Source of the DNA: an uncultured Lentisphaeria bacterium
GTDB lineage: Bacteria; Verrucomicrobiota; Lentisphaeria; JABSQK01; JAJFLO01
Direction: 5' to 3'
Assembly: GCA_951812855.1 (NCBI GenBank)
Contig: OX638337.1
Location: forward strand, 510,001 to 542,000
DNA: 32,000 nt
Numbering within the stretch: the stretch's first letter is position 1; each line of letters begins with the position of its first letter. The notes beneath the pieces are model-generated. The model had not been told where the DNA came from. It saw nothing but the letters and a program-made list of their open reading frames with translations, and did no database searches. The translations under genes and the position numbers were made by a program. Positions 17,858-27,004 of the stretch are shown here, in pieces.

Positions 17858-19069
17858 TTACTGATGATCATTAGATTCTTCAACGCGTAATTTTAGTTCC
17901 CCCCCGGCTAATTTTGCAATCAGGCGATCACCCGTGCTGACGTCTTGTTTTGATGTTATAGGGGCACTGCTTCCTTCTGGAAGTAAGATTGAATATCCTC
18001 TGTTTAATACATGCGTCGGATCCAGCACCCTCAATTGAGATACTAAGCCGGACACTATTTCTTTTTTCCGAATCAGTTCATTGGTTATTTGATTATTAAG
18101 CCGAATAGTTAATTCGTCAACTTTTTGCTGAAATATTCGGACCATGTTAATTGGCTCTTTGAGTATGTAATGGTGTGTTGCATGTTCCATTCTGGCTTTG
18201 ATCCTGGTAACCGTAATACCGATAGCCTGACTCAGGCGTTTTCTCAGCCCATTAATGGTCATTAATAATTCTTCTTTATGACCGACAACAAGTTCAGCAG
18301 CAGCAGAGGGTGTGGGAACCCTTAAATCAGCAACGAAATCACAAATAGTAAAATCAATTTCATGACCCACAGCACTGATTATTGGAATTGTTGATTCAGC
18401 GATAGCCCGGGCCAGTAGTTCTTCGTTAAAGGGCCACAAGTCTTCGAGGCTGCCGCCACCTCGGGTAACAACAATGACATTGCAATTATTATTTGAATTA
18501 AAACAGGTTATACCCTCTACAATTTGGCGAGCCGCACCGGCCCCCTGAACGGCCGCAGGGTAAATTTTAATATGCATGCTATGGAATCGTCGATTGATAA
18601 TCTGTAAAAAGTCCCGTAGTGCTGCACCATTTGCTGATGTTATAACCCCTATGCATTTTGGCAGATAAGGAATTTTTTGTTTTCGCTCCTCAGCAAATAA
18701 GCCCTCAGAAAGAAGTCTTTGTTTGAGTGCATCAAATTTCTGATGCAATTCACCAATTCCTTTTGGTCGTATCTGACGAACAGTGAGTTGATAATTTCCA
18801 CGAGGTTCATATACAGTTAACTTGCCGAATACTTCTACCTCAACGCCTTCCCTGATATTGTGTTGCCGCGTAATCTCAGCCCCATTGAAGAATACACAGC
18901 TCAGCTGACATTTTTTATCTTTTAATGTAAAATAAACATGGCCCGACCGATGGGCCGTAAAATTGCCTGTTTCGCCTGTTATCCATAACGGATAAAACGT
19001 TTCTTCTAATACACCCTTTACAGTTTGAGTAATTTCAGTAACAGACCAGATTTTTTTTATTTCACTCAC
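17858..19069 (-). CDS. xseA: exodeoxyribonuclease VII large subunit
   Basis: 403 aa. It contains WITGETGNFTAHRSGHVYFTLKD (OB fold) and VITSANGAALRDF...RGGGSLEDLWPFN. The start is GTG. Confidence 0.93.
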   Translation of the reverse strand: MSEIKKIWSVTEITQTVKGVLEETFYPLWITGETGNFTAHRSGHVYFTLKDKKCQLSCVFFNGAEITRQHNIREGVEVEVFGKLTVYEPRGNYQLTVRQIRPKGIGELHQKFDALKQRLLSEGLFAEERKQKIPYLPKCIGVITSANGAALRDFLQIINRRFHSMHIKIYPAAVQGAGAARQIVEGITCFNSNNNCNVIVVTRGGGSLEDLWPFNEELLARAIAESTIPIISAVGHEIDFTICDFVADLRVPTPSAAAELVVGHKEELLMTINGLRKRLSQAIGITVTRIKARMEHATHHYILKEPINMVRIFQQKVDELTIRLNNQITNELIRKKEIVSGLVSQLRVLDPTHVLNRGYSILLPEGSSAPITSKQDVSTGDRLIAKLAGGELKLRVEESNDHQ

Positions 19070-19276
19070 TGTCTATCCTCTATTATTTAATCAAAAATCG
19101 ATTCATTTATTCCTCATTAAATAATAACAATACAAGATTGACATTCAATATTACTCTTATTAGGTTATAGGGCTTTTAAAAAAATCGCCCTTTACCTTTG
19201 GGTAAATCGGAATAAATACACAGTTTGATAACTCTAAAAGATGATTACAAATATCATTACCATATGAGGTTATTTT

Positions 19277-19696
19277 ATGACAGCTAAAAGCGATAAAATA
19301 TCAATCCCGACATTTAGGGGAAAAAAGAAAAAACAATACGATATGCTCATAGAATTACGCGACCAGTTGGCTGACCAGATTCGGACAATATCATCACATT
19401 CCCTAAGTTCAAGTAAGCAGGCAGGTGAGGAATTAGCAGATATAGGCAGTGATAATTTTAACCGGGAAATGGAATTAGGATTGATGACTGAAGAGACCCA
19501 AAGGATTAAAGCAATCGAAGATGCCATCAAACGCTTATTAGATGGGAGTTATGGCATCTGCGAGGATTGTGAAAACAAAATCAATCCTGCCCGGCTTGAA
19601 GCCCTCCCTTATGCCAGACTGTGCATAAATTGTAAATCGCAGAGAGAAAAGGAACAAAGAGATTCAGGAAATGCACCTGCAAGAATTATGGACTGA
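19277..19696 (+). CDS. DksA/TraR family C4-type zinc-finger protein
   Basis: 139 aa. The C-terminal part is YGICEDCENKINPARLEALPYARLCINCK, preceded by a coiled-coil region. Confidence 0.85.
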   Translation: MTAKSDKISIPTFRGKKKKQYDMLIELRDQLADQIRTISSHSLSSSKQAGEELADIGSDNFNREMELGLMTEETQRIKAIEDAIKRLLDGSYGICEDCENKINPARLEALPYARLCINCKSQREKEQRDSGNAPARIMD

Positions 19697-19699
19697 TAT

Positions 19700-20227
19700 G
19701 TGAAGCACTTTTCCTGGACAACCTTTTGGAATCTCCCTGCTCTGGTTATTTCGTTTATCGTTACCTTAGATCAAATTACTAAGTACCTTATCATCTCCTC
19801 GGAATATCTTATGTACGGTGGCCGAATCGAAGTTATCCCCAACTTTTTCTATATTGTACATGTTAGAAATACTGGAGCTGCCTGGGGAATCCTGTCGGAA
19901 CACAGCACGATGTTAGCCATTATTTCAGCTGTCGTATTCGTGGTGATGATCACGTTTTATAAATCATTAGCAGACGGCTATATTGAACGATGCTGTGCAA
20001 TAACATTAATGATGGGCGGGATTTGTGGTAATCTAATTGACCGGGTTGTTCATAAGGGTGTTGTTGATTTTTTAAGTTTCTCCTACAAGTCACTTGAGTG
20101 GCCATCTTTCAATGTTGCCGACAGTGCGATATGTATTGGTGTAGGTGCCTATTCAATTTCTTCATTACTTCGTCCTGACATTGATGCAAAAGAGTCAGAT
20201 GAGTCCTCAGAAATTAACGAAGAATAA
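19700..20227 (+). CDS. lspA: lipoprotein signal peptidase II
   Basis: 175 aa. It contains NTGAAWG, GNLIDRV..G.VVDF and FNVADS. The GTG start lies 3 nt after the upstream stop. Confidence 0.93.
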   Translation: MKHFSWTTFWNLPALVISFIVTLDQITKYLIISSEYLMYGGRIEVIPNFFYIVHVRNTGAAWGILSEHSTMLAIISAVVFVVMITFYKSLADGYIERCCAITLMMGGICGNLIDRVVHKGVVDFLSFSYKSLEWPSFNVADSAICIGVGAYSISSLLRPDIDAKESDESSEINEE

Positions 20228-20388
20228 CCATTCACGACAGTATTGAAACAGATTAAGTAATGAAATTGGGTACATTCAGATTTGGCAATAATTCGATGAC
20301 GCCTACAGTTATTGGAATTTACCCCGTGAACCTACCTGATTTTTGTGTCAGAATCTGACAACTGAGATTAATCACTTCTTTAATTGTT

Positions 20389-21312
20389 ATGAATATATTG
20401 TCAATATTAGGTCCCACAGCAACGGGGAAGAGTGATATTGCTTTTGAGGTTGCCAGACAGATTGGCGCTGAAATTATATCATGCGATTCCATGATGGTTT
20501 ATAAAGAAATGAACATTGGCACTGCAAAACCGGCAAGAGACGTTCTGCAGACAATTCCACATCATCTTATTGATATCCTCAATATAGATGAACCATTTGA
20601 TGTAAATTCCTATACGCTGCTGGCAGCAAATGCGATTTCACGTATCACCAGGAATGATAAAATTCCGCTTTTATGCGGAGGAACAGGTTTATATGCACGG
20701 GCACTGCTATACGATTATATTTTCCTGCCAACTGACATTCGCGTGAAAAAAAGAGTTCAGCATGATTTAAAAAATCAAGGTAAAGATAGATTGATTAATG
20801 AATTAGCCGAAATTGATCCCGCCCAGGCTCGTCTGGTAAGAGATAATACACGGCGACTGATTCGATCGGTTGAAATAGTTAGAATTACTGGACAATCAAT
20901 CAGTTCATCTACCCGCCAACGACTGCAATTGAAATCTTCCGGATATCAATTTATTTTGTCAGTAGAACCTCGTTTCCTGCGTGAAAAAATTACTGAGCGG
21001 ACTAAAAAAATGATCAAAAATGGATGGATAGATGAAACGGAAAACCTTATTCAAAATGGGTTGTTATCGAGTCCGACCGCCAGTAAAGCTTTAGGTTATT
21101 CATTAATTGCAGATTATCTGGTTGGTAAAATCGAAACGAAGACGGAGTTAATCGAAAAAATCATAACCAGGACATCACAATTTGCAAAACGACAACGAAC
21201 GTGGTTTCGACATCAACATCCGAATTCTATTTTACTCAATCTTGATGAAACTACGACACACAACCAAACAGTAGATAAAATTTTATCTCACGCAAAATTG
21301 GGATTTATTTAG
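20389..21312 (+). CDS. miaA: tRNA dimethylallyltransferase
   Basis: 307 aa. It contains GPTATGKS, SCDSMMVYKEMNIGTAKP, HHLIDI and FAKRQRTWFR. Confidence 0.95.
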   Translation: MNILSILGPTATGKSDIAFEVARQIGAEIISCDSMMVYKEMNIGTAKPARDVLQTIPHHLIDILNIDEPFDVNSYTLLAANAISRITRNDKIPLLCGGTGLYARALLYDYIFLPTDIRVKKRVQHDLKNQGKDRLINELAEIDPAQARLVRDNTRRLIRSVEIVRITGQSISSSTRQRLQLKSSGYQFILSVEPRFLREKITERTKKMIKNGWIDETENLIQNGLLSSPTASKALGYSLIADYLVGKIETKTELIEKIITRTSQFAKRQRTWFRHQHPNSILLNLDETTTHNQTVDKILSHAKLGFI

Positions 21313-21376
21313 AATTGAATTTATTTACCACAACATCCTTCCCTTTTTAGGTTTAGGGTATGCTGATATTACCTAA

Positions 21377-21398
21377 TATAAAATTTGAAAATTTTATA
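21377..21398. promoter_or_regulatory. perfect 22-bp AT palindrome upstream of the orphan lipoprotein gene (possible operator)
   Basis: tataaaattt-ga-aaattttata lies about 40 bp upstream of the ATG at 21439. It consists only of A and T, so chance occurrence in AT-rich DNA is plausible. Confidence 0.25.
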
Positions 21399-21438
21399 GT
21401 CGTCAGTCTATAGTATTAATCAAAAAATACATCCACCC

Positions 21439-22530
21439 ATGCTCCAATCCATCCTTATCAAAAAACGAATTCATCCACAAATTTGTACATTGTTATTAAT
21501 TTTGCAATTACTCACATCATGTACACAGGCACCTCCACCAAAATATAACGCACTGGAAACATTAATTCTGCATGAAGCATTTAACGCAATTTCAGAAAAA
21601 AATTATCAACTGGCAATCCATAAACTCGAACGTATGCAGGAACTTCGTCCCAATGCCGCGATAATCCATACCTTAAAATCGATTCAGGAAGAGAATTTAG
21701 CTATCCAAAATGCACGATCTTTTTTGCATCAAAAGGATATCCCAAGTGCCAGAGACAGTCTTACCGAACATATTAAAACCTTTGGTATGAGTGAAAAGCT
21801 CTTAGAAGAAGAAAATAAAATTGAGAACCTGATTAAAATCAAGAATTATACAATGAAACTCCCATTTAAAGATGCTGATGCGGCACTTAAAGCCGTTGCG
21901 AATCTTCCCTTACCTGACAAATTCACTCCTGAATTACAGGGATATCAAAAATGGCAAGATGAACAGATTCAAATGGCAGACCATCTGGCTGAAGTTGAAA
22001 AAATTCGACTCATTCACGAAATTATGGATGAAATAGATCTAAACCTTGTAACATCTTCGGAATTGTATCTGTTAAACATTGCACAAATCGGCACGTTGAA
22101 TATTGATCAATCAATCTTTAATAACTGGCTGCATCTAATATTCGGACTGGAAAACACCCCTACTCAATCAGAGCTTCAAAACAGTACCTGTATGTTTAAG
22201 GGAGTTGACCATTGGCAATCCACATTTGACTATACTATTTATAATCGGGAAATCTTGATCTCAAAAACAGGAATTAAACCTGCAAACAAAATTCAGAAAA
22301 TTCTTACGCCTGCATCATTATCTGGACTATTTGTTCATATTAAACAGTTATTTAGAAATAAACACTGCCTGAATGGGTATGTTGAATACAAAAAGTTATT
22401 CGGATTAACCCCGGATATTCAAGGTGATGTATTGTTTAGAGAACTCAATCCCAGAGTAACTTCAGATAGTAAATCACCCGTATTATCGTTATCAATAGAT
22501 AGCGTATTAAATCATATTTATGCCTGGTAA
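21439..22530 (+). CDS. hypothetical lipoprotein
   Basis: 363 aa. It has a signal peptide plus a lipobox-like LLTSC. No recognisable domain. The N-terminal part may be TPR-like helical. Confidence 0.6.
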   Translation: MLQSILIKKRIHPQICTLLLILQLLTSCTQAPPPKYNALETLILHEAFNAISEKNYQLAIHKLERMQELRPNAAIIHTLKSIQEENLAIQNARSFLHQKDIPSARDSLTEHIKTFGMSEKLLEEENKIENLIKIKNYTMKLPFKDADAALKAVANLPLPDKFTPELQGYQKWQDEQIQMADHLAEVEKIRLIHEIMDEIDLNLVTSSELYLLNIAQIGTLNIDQSIFNNWLHLIFGLENTPTQSELQNSTCMFKGVDHWQSTFDYTIYNREILISKTGIKPANKIQKILTPASLSGLFVHIKQLFRNKHCLNGYVEYKKLFGLTPDIQGDVLFRELNPRVTSDSKSPVLSLSIDSVLNHIYAW

Positions 22531-22561
22531 ATAATGGACCGGAGTCAGCGATGAAATCAAG

Positions 22562-22722
22562 AAATTTTATCTTTCAAATTCAGATCGATTTAAAACAAAA
22601 GAATCCATGTCTGTTTCACAGATTTTGTTAAAGAAAGATGATAAAAAACTGTCGATGAGATTAAACAGAAATTAGCTGAAGGAATCAATTTTTCAGAATC
22701 CGCCATTTTCAATTCAGCCCCA
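22562..22722 (+). pseudogene. parvulin-type PPIase N-terminal remnant (frameshifted)
   Basis: Hand translation gives ...KTKESMSVSQILLKKDDKK, then a frame shift near 22645, then TVDEIKQKLAEGINFSESAIFNSAP. Compare the parvulin core a.HILvk.e..a..i...l..G.dF..lA.k.S. The rest is missing, and the remnant runs into the convergent lipA 3' end. Confidence 0.35.
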
Positions 22723-23602
22723 ATGCGTCATTTGCAAGTTCTTCAGCCCGATAAGAACTGCGAACCAATGGGGAACTCGCCACAGCTCTGAATCCAACTT
22801 TCTTCGCAAACTCGGACCAGGATTCAAATTGTTCAGGCTCGACATAGCGGTCCAACAGCCAATGACTCGAAGATGGCGGTAAATATTGACCGATTGTAAG
22901 TATATCAGTTCCGGTATTGAAAATATCAATAATTGATTGTTCCACCTCAGCATTTGTTTCACCCAGTCCAACCATAATCCCTGACTTCACTGCTGTTAGA
23001 TCTCCCGCGATATCTTTTGCCGTTTTTAATACCTTCAATGAACGCTCATAACGACCGCCACTTCGAATTGCCGGGGTTAACCGCTCACATGTTTCAACAT
23101 TATGATTAAATACTCTGGGAGTCATAGAAACAACCCGTTTAATGAGAATAGGCCGCCCTTTAAAATCGGGAGTTAATACTTCAATTCCAACACCTGGCAA
23201 CCGATTTCTGACTGCCTGAATCGTTTTTACAAAATGATCCGCACCTTTGTCGGGTAAATCATCCCGATCAACACTGGTAACAACAACATAATTCAACCCC
23301 AGTTTGGCAATTGCGTCAGCAACCCTTTCGGGTTCACCTGAATCAACCGGTTCCGGTTTGAATGAATGAATTGCACAAAATGCACATGCACGCGTACACC
23401 GATCACCCAAAATCATAAATGTAGCAGACTTTCGGTCCCAGCATTCAGCGATATTAGGGCATTTTGCACTTTGACATACAGTATTCAACTGCTCCTTTTT
23501 TATGAGTTCCTGGACCTTATTCCGGTTTTTACCATCACGAACTCTTACACGAATCCAGGGAGGAAGACGTTTTGTTGATGTTTTAACTAATGTTCCATTC
23601 AT
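22709..23602 (-). CDS. lipA: lipoyl synthase
   Basis: 297 aa. It contains the CQSAKCPNIAECW cluster and the radical-SAM motif CTRACAFC. Confidence 0.96.
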   Translation of the reverse strand: MNGTLVKTSTKRLPPWIRVRVRDGKNRNKVQELIKKEQLNTVCQSAKCPNIAECWDRKSATFMILGDRCTRACAFCAIHSFKPEPVDSGEPERVADAIAKLGLNYVVVTSVDRDDLPDKGADHFVKTIQAVRNRLPGVGIEVLTPDFKGRPILIKRVVSMTPRVFNHNVETCERLTPAIRSGGRYERSLKVLKTAKDIAGDLTAVKSGIMVGLGETNAEVEQSIIDIFNTGTDILTIGQYLPPSSSHWLLDRYVEPEQFESWSEFAKKVGFRAVASSPLVRSSYRAEELANDALGLN

Positions 23603-23669
23603 GAACTATTATTCCTTTACCTAAACTTAAATTTTGTGACACTGCAATCAACGATGTTAATAATCTATT

Positions 23670-24524
23670 TTAAGATTCTAAACTTATTCCCAAAATTGAT
23701 ATTTTCTTTTTATTTAACGCGTTAATTACTCTTTCTTTTTCCAATATCAAGGTTTTTTCCGATTGAACAGCAAGAACACTTACCTTGCCTTCAATCAAGG
23801 CGTCAATCGTTTTCAGCCCGATGCAGGGTACATCAAAACGCATATCCTGGTCCGGCTTGGCAAGTTTGACAACAACCGCATCGCCCCCGGCCAGCTGCCC
23901 TCCCCTGATTATAGCTTTATTTGTTCCTTCAAATCCTTCAACGGCAAGCACTGTACCATTTTTTACAATGACCGTCTGTCCAATATCTAATCGACTGATT
24001 TGCGTTGCGATTCGCGTTCCGAATACAATGTCATCATATTGTTTTTTACTCGGTTTTATTTTACCAATTTTACCAGATTGAGCCAAATAATCATCAAGAA
24101 ACACAGTTGCCGGCAGGATTGTGATATTATCTTTTAGAAATTCATTTGCTATAGCAGAAAAAATAGATTCCGCATTTTTTAACTTCAGCTTTCCTAAGAG
24201 TTTTACTGTTCGAAAATCTGGTTTCAAATCCTTAAATAATCGTCCAGGTTTTACCTGACCGGCAAAAATTACATGTTCAATATCACGTTTTTTAAATAGC
24301 GTGATTGCTTTATTAAGTTGCCCCGCGTATACCCAGTCTAAATGGTCTGCAAATGTAGACAGCTCCGGATCTGCATCGCCCTCAATTCCAACAACGCAGA
24401 CCTGTTGAATACCACACTTTTTTGCCGATTTTACCGTTAAAAATGGATATATACCCCGTCCTGCAAGCACGCCAATTTTTTGGTATTTTTGATCTGATTG
24501 TTGCAAGTTGATTTTTGATCCCAA
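23670..24524 (-). CDS. lpxI: UDP-2,3-diacylglucosamine diphosphatase LpxI (DUF1009 family)
   Basis: 284 aa. It contains IGVLAGRGIYP near the N-terminus, and DIGQTVIV and DMRFDVPCIG in the C-terminal domain. The start is TTG. Confidence 0.8.
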   Translation of the reverse strand: MGSKINLQQSDQKYQKIGVLAGRGIYPFLTVKSAKKCGIQQVCVVGIEGDADPELSTFADHLDWVYAGQLNKAITLFKKRDIEHVIFAGQVKPGRLFKDLKPDFRTVKLLGKLKLKNAESIFSAIANEFLKDNITILPATVFLDDYLAQSGKIGKIKPSKKQYDDIVFGTRIATQISRLDIGQTVIVKNGTVLAVEGFEGTNKAIIRGGQLAGGDAVVVKLAKPDQDMRFDVPCIGLKTIDALIEGKVSVLAVQSEKTLILEKERVINALNKKKISILGISLES

Positions 24525-24813
24525 CGATAGAATTTATTCCCGTTGCTTTCCATGAATCCACGAAATTATTATTATAATCGGATTTTATAGATCTACAGCA
24601 ATTATTATTACTTAATTACGACGAGTTTATAAATTATTAATTTACGTTTTTACAGTTGCAATGCTAATTGAAAATAACTATGTTTCAAGTTCAATAATTG
24701 TATCAAATTTATAATTCCTGGAATCACCGGACGGGGTATTATGCTGATACCTGATGCTGAACCGATTTAATGTTGGCATTGGTTAAACTAAAAATCACGA
24801 AGGAATTTTATTT

Positions 24814-24903
24814 ATGGGCAATCTGAAAAAAACACGCAGAAAAAAAATTGCCAGGCACAAACGACGCAAACGGTTGAAATCAATGCGTCATAAAAACAAA
24901 TAA
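24814..24903 (+). CDS. 29-aa highly basic protein resembling ribosomal protein bS22 (AURKAIP1/COX24-like)
   Basis: Found by eye because it is below the ORF-track cutoff. The sequence is MGNLKKTRRKKIARHKRRKRLKSMRHKNK* with an aagga SD about 10 nt upstream. It follows the pattern MG..KK.RRK.....HK.RK.LK..R recalled for actinobacterial/Bacteroidota bS22. Confidence 0.55.
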   Translation: MGNLKKTRRKKIARHKRRKRLKSMRHKNK

Positions 24904-25039
24904 ATGTGTGACAGATTGTTACATGTAAAATACGCATAGTATCTACGTGCTAAAATCGGATTCATGAGAATCAGTGATAGTTTAATTCCAGTCAGCCGAC
25001 ATTCTGTCCGGAAAATTCCAAACAGATCAACCTGGACTT

Positions 25040-26389
25040 TTGATGACGTATTTCCCCCGGCTGACAATACGATTGTACCGCTGTATAGCTTACCTCATGT
25101 GCAGCGGTACCCTTTTCGGCAACTATTCTGCTGAAAACCCTCTGTTAGCTAAACCTGCAAAAGATCTCAACCTTACTCCGAGTGAATTAAGACATGTCAA
25201 TGCACTCGCCCATTTTGCATGGGGAAGTTATTTAGCATTAAATGATGCCGTTGACAACACTGAAATTGCCGACGAATACATTGCGTCTATTAAGAATAAT
25301 CCGGAATCAGATTATTTAATTAGAGAGCTTCTGTATTTATGGGCTGGTGACAGCATCTCAACTCAAAATTCAAACGTAGTGAAGCACCTAAGTAAAATCG
25401 CACGTGAAGATCCCAAATTAGTTAATCTGAATCTTTTGGTTTCCAATGCTTATATTTACCGTAAAGAATATAAAACAGCAGAAAAACATCTGAAAGCTGT
25501 ATTTAAGGAAATTAAATGGTCTGAACCATTGATTATTAAGGACTTATCCTATTGTTATTTGCATACAAAACAATATAAAAAGCTTCATAAACTGCTTCGT
25601 ACTGCACTGTCAGATAACAATTTAAAGGGCAATTTTACAGTCGAGTACTGTGCTGCGGTTTCATATAGCACCGTGGCTGCCGGCGATGATACTACACTAT
25701 CGAAAAAAATGAAAGGAAAATTTTTTAACCTGGGTATTTTTCACGCTATCAATGCCTCTGAATCATTCGATCCTAATAAGAATTTTAAAAATACGAATGA
25801 GATTTTAATACTTGCAGGACTATTAATTCGACAAAATTTAGTACCGCCTGCGATTAAATTACTTAACGGAATACGGAAAAATGGTTGGCGAACACCGGAA
25901 TTTACAATAATAACTGATGAGTATCTAACCGTTGATTATTATTTAACGCTGGCAGCAATGTATTATGCTTTAAATAAAAAGGACGAAATTATACCAACAC
26001 TGAAAAAAGCAATTCAACTCGATCCCGGAAATTCAGAAGCGAATAATTTTTTAGGCTACTATCTGGCTGAAGAAAAAAAGGATTTTGACAAAGCAGAAAA
26101 GTTAATACGCCAAGCCTTGACTAAAGAGCCGAATAATGCTGCCTATATAGATAGTTTAGCATGGGTTTTATACCGTAAAGGAAAATATAAAAAAGCTGCA
26201 GCAAACATTCTAAAAGCAATCGCTCTTCAAAAAGAAAATAAGGACGGAATAATTCTCGATCACGCAGGTGATATATATCATGCCCTGGGTGATACCAATA
26301 AGGCATTGGTCTACTGGGAAGAGGCCTTAAATTATAATATTGAATCCAGTAAAGAAGTAAAAGAAAAAATAAAGTCACTCAAAAAATGA
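25040..26389 (+). CDS. TPR repeat protein with N-terminal signal/anchor
   Basis: 449 aa. The C-terminal half has clear TPR units (AIQLDPGNSEANNFLGYYL..., ALTKEPNNAAYIDSLAWVLYRKGKY..A). The ATG at 25043 is an alternative start. Confidence 0.8.
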   Translation: MMTYFPRLTIRLYRCIAYLMCSGTLFGNYSAENPLLAKPAKDLNLTPSELRHVNALAHFAWGSYLALNDAVDNTEIADEYIASIKNNPESDYLIRELLYLWAGDSISTQNSNVVKHLSKIAREDPKLVNLNLLVSNAYIYRKEYKTAEKHLKAVFKEIKWSEPLIIKDLSYCYLHTKQYKKLHKLLRTALSDNNLKGNFTVEYCAAVSYSTVAAGDDTTLSKKMKGKFFNLGIFHAINASESFDPNKNFKNTNEILILAGLLIRQNLVPPAIKLLNGIRKNGWRTPEFTIITDEYLTVDYYLTLAAMYYALNKKDEIIPTLKKAIQLDPGNSEANNFLGYYLAEEKKDFDKAEKLIRQALTKEPNNAAYIDSLAWVLYRKGKYKKAAANILKAIALQKENKDGIILDHAGDIYHALGDTNKALVYWEEALNYNIESSKEVKEKIKSLKK

Positions 26390-26426
26390 AACATGACTTT
26401 TTCAATATAAAAGATAATTGTAGTGA

Positions 26427-26774
26427 AAATCAAAATATAGGATTGATCTTTTTTTTGACGAAATTGACCATAGGGCAGCTGATAATCCTAAAGTAGAAAT
26501 ATTTATTGAAAATGCATCAGCCCTTTTAAATTTGACTCAAAATAAATATGATATTGTCATCAGCGAACCCTCACCCCTCCCCTGGACAGCCGGCATCGGT
26601 AATCTTTTTACCATAGATTATTACCAAATCAGTTATGCATCGAATGACCAGGGAGTTTTTTTACAATGGCTGCAACTCTATGAAACATCCGAGGCTATCG
26701 TTTTTTCAGGGGGGCAATTTTCTTTATCACGGTTCCTTTTCGACCATTTTTACCGGTGTTCTGCAGGGTTCTGA
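26427..26774 (+). pseudogene. spermidine synthase-like protein, C-terminal fragment only
   Basis: The open frame reads ...RIDLFFDEIDHRAADNPKVEIFIENASALLNLTQNKYDIVISEPSPLPWTAGIGNLFTIDYYQ...GVFLQWLQLYE. This matches the pattern dprv.v...Da..fl....kyDvIi.d..dP......LFt.efy. The N-terminal SAM-binding half is absent and there is no plausible start. Confidence 0.55.
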
Positions 26775-26807
26775 CGTCGAACAGTTTTTCTGACGTCGAA
26801 CAGTTTT
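26771..26807 (+). repeat. tandem 19-bp duplication
   Basis: ctgacgtcgaacagtttt occurs at 26771-26788 and again at 26790-26807, separated by one t. Each copy contains the gacgtc palindrome. The first copy includes the stop codon of the spermidine-synthase remnant. Confidence 0.9.
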
Positions 26808-27004
26808 ATTGTAATTAAAATATGCAATATCACGACTCTTAACCTGCGGTGCCCCATTCAAAAACTATCTATAATTAAACTGCAGGCTGTAATAGAAATC
26901 AGCATTGATGTATTTCGCTGTTAGGAATTGTACAACTTAGATATAAGTTAAAATCAGTTTATTAATATCACAGAGTTATAAAATCATCAATTAGGTCAAT
27001 AAAA

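Noticed and set aside
26810-27004. Possible M-box (ykoK) magnesium riboswitch upstream of mgtE. Short stretches (ctgcggtgccccattcaaaaac, aatagaaatcagcattgatg, gctgttagg) vaguely resemble M-box segments.
   Set aside because: The hallmark AGGUGAGGC-type core is absent, the order of the look-alike segments does not match the M-box architecture, and I could not draw the conserved helices. Rfam cmscan would settle it.
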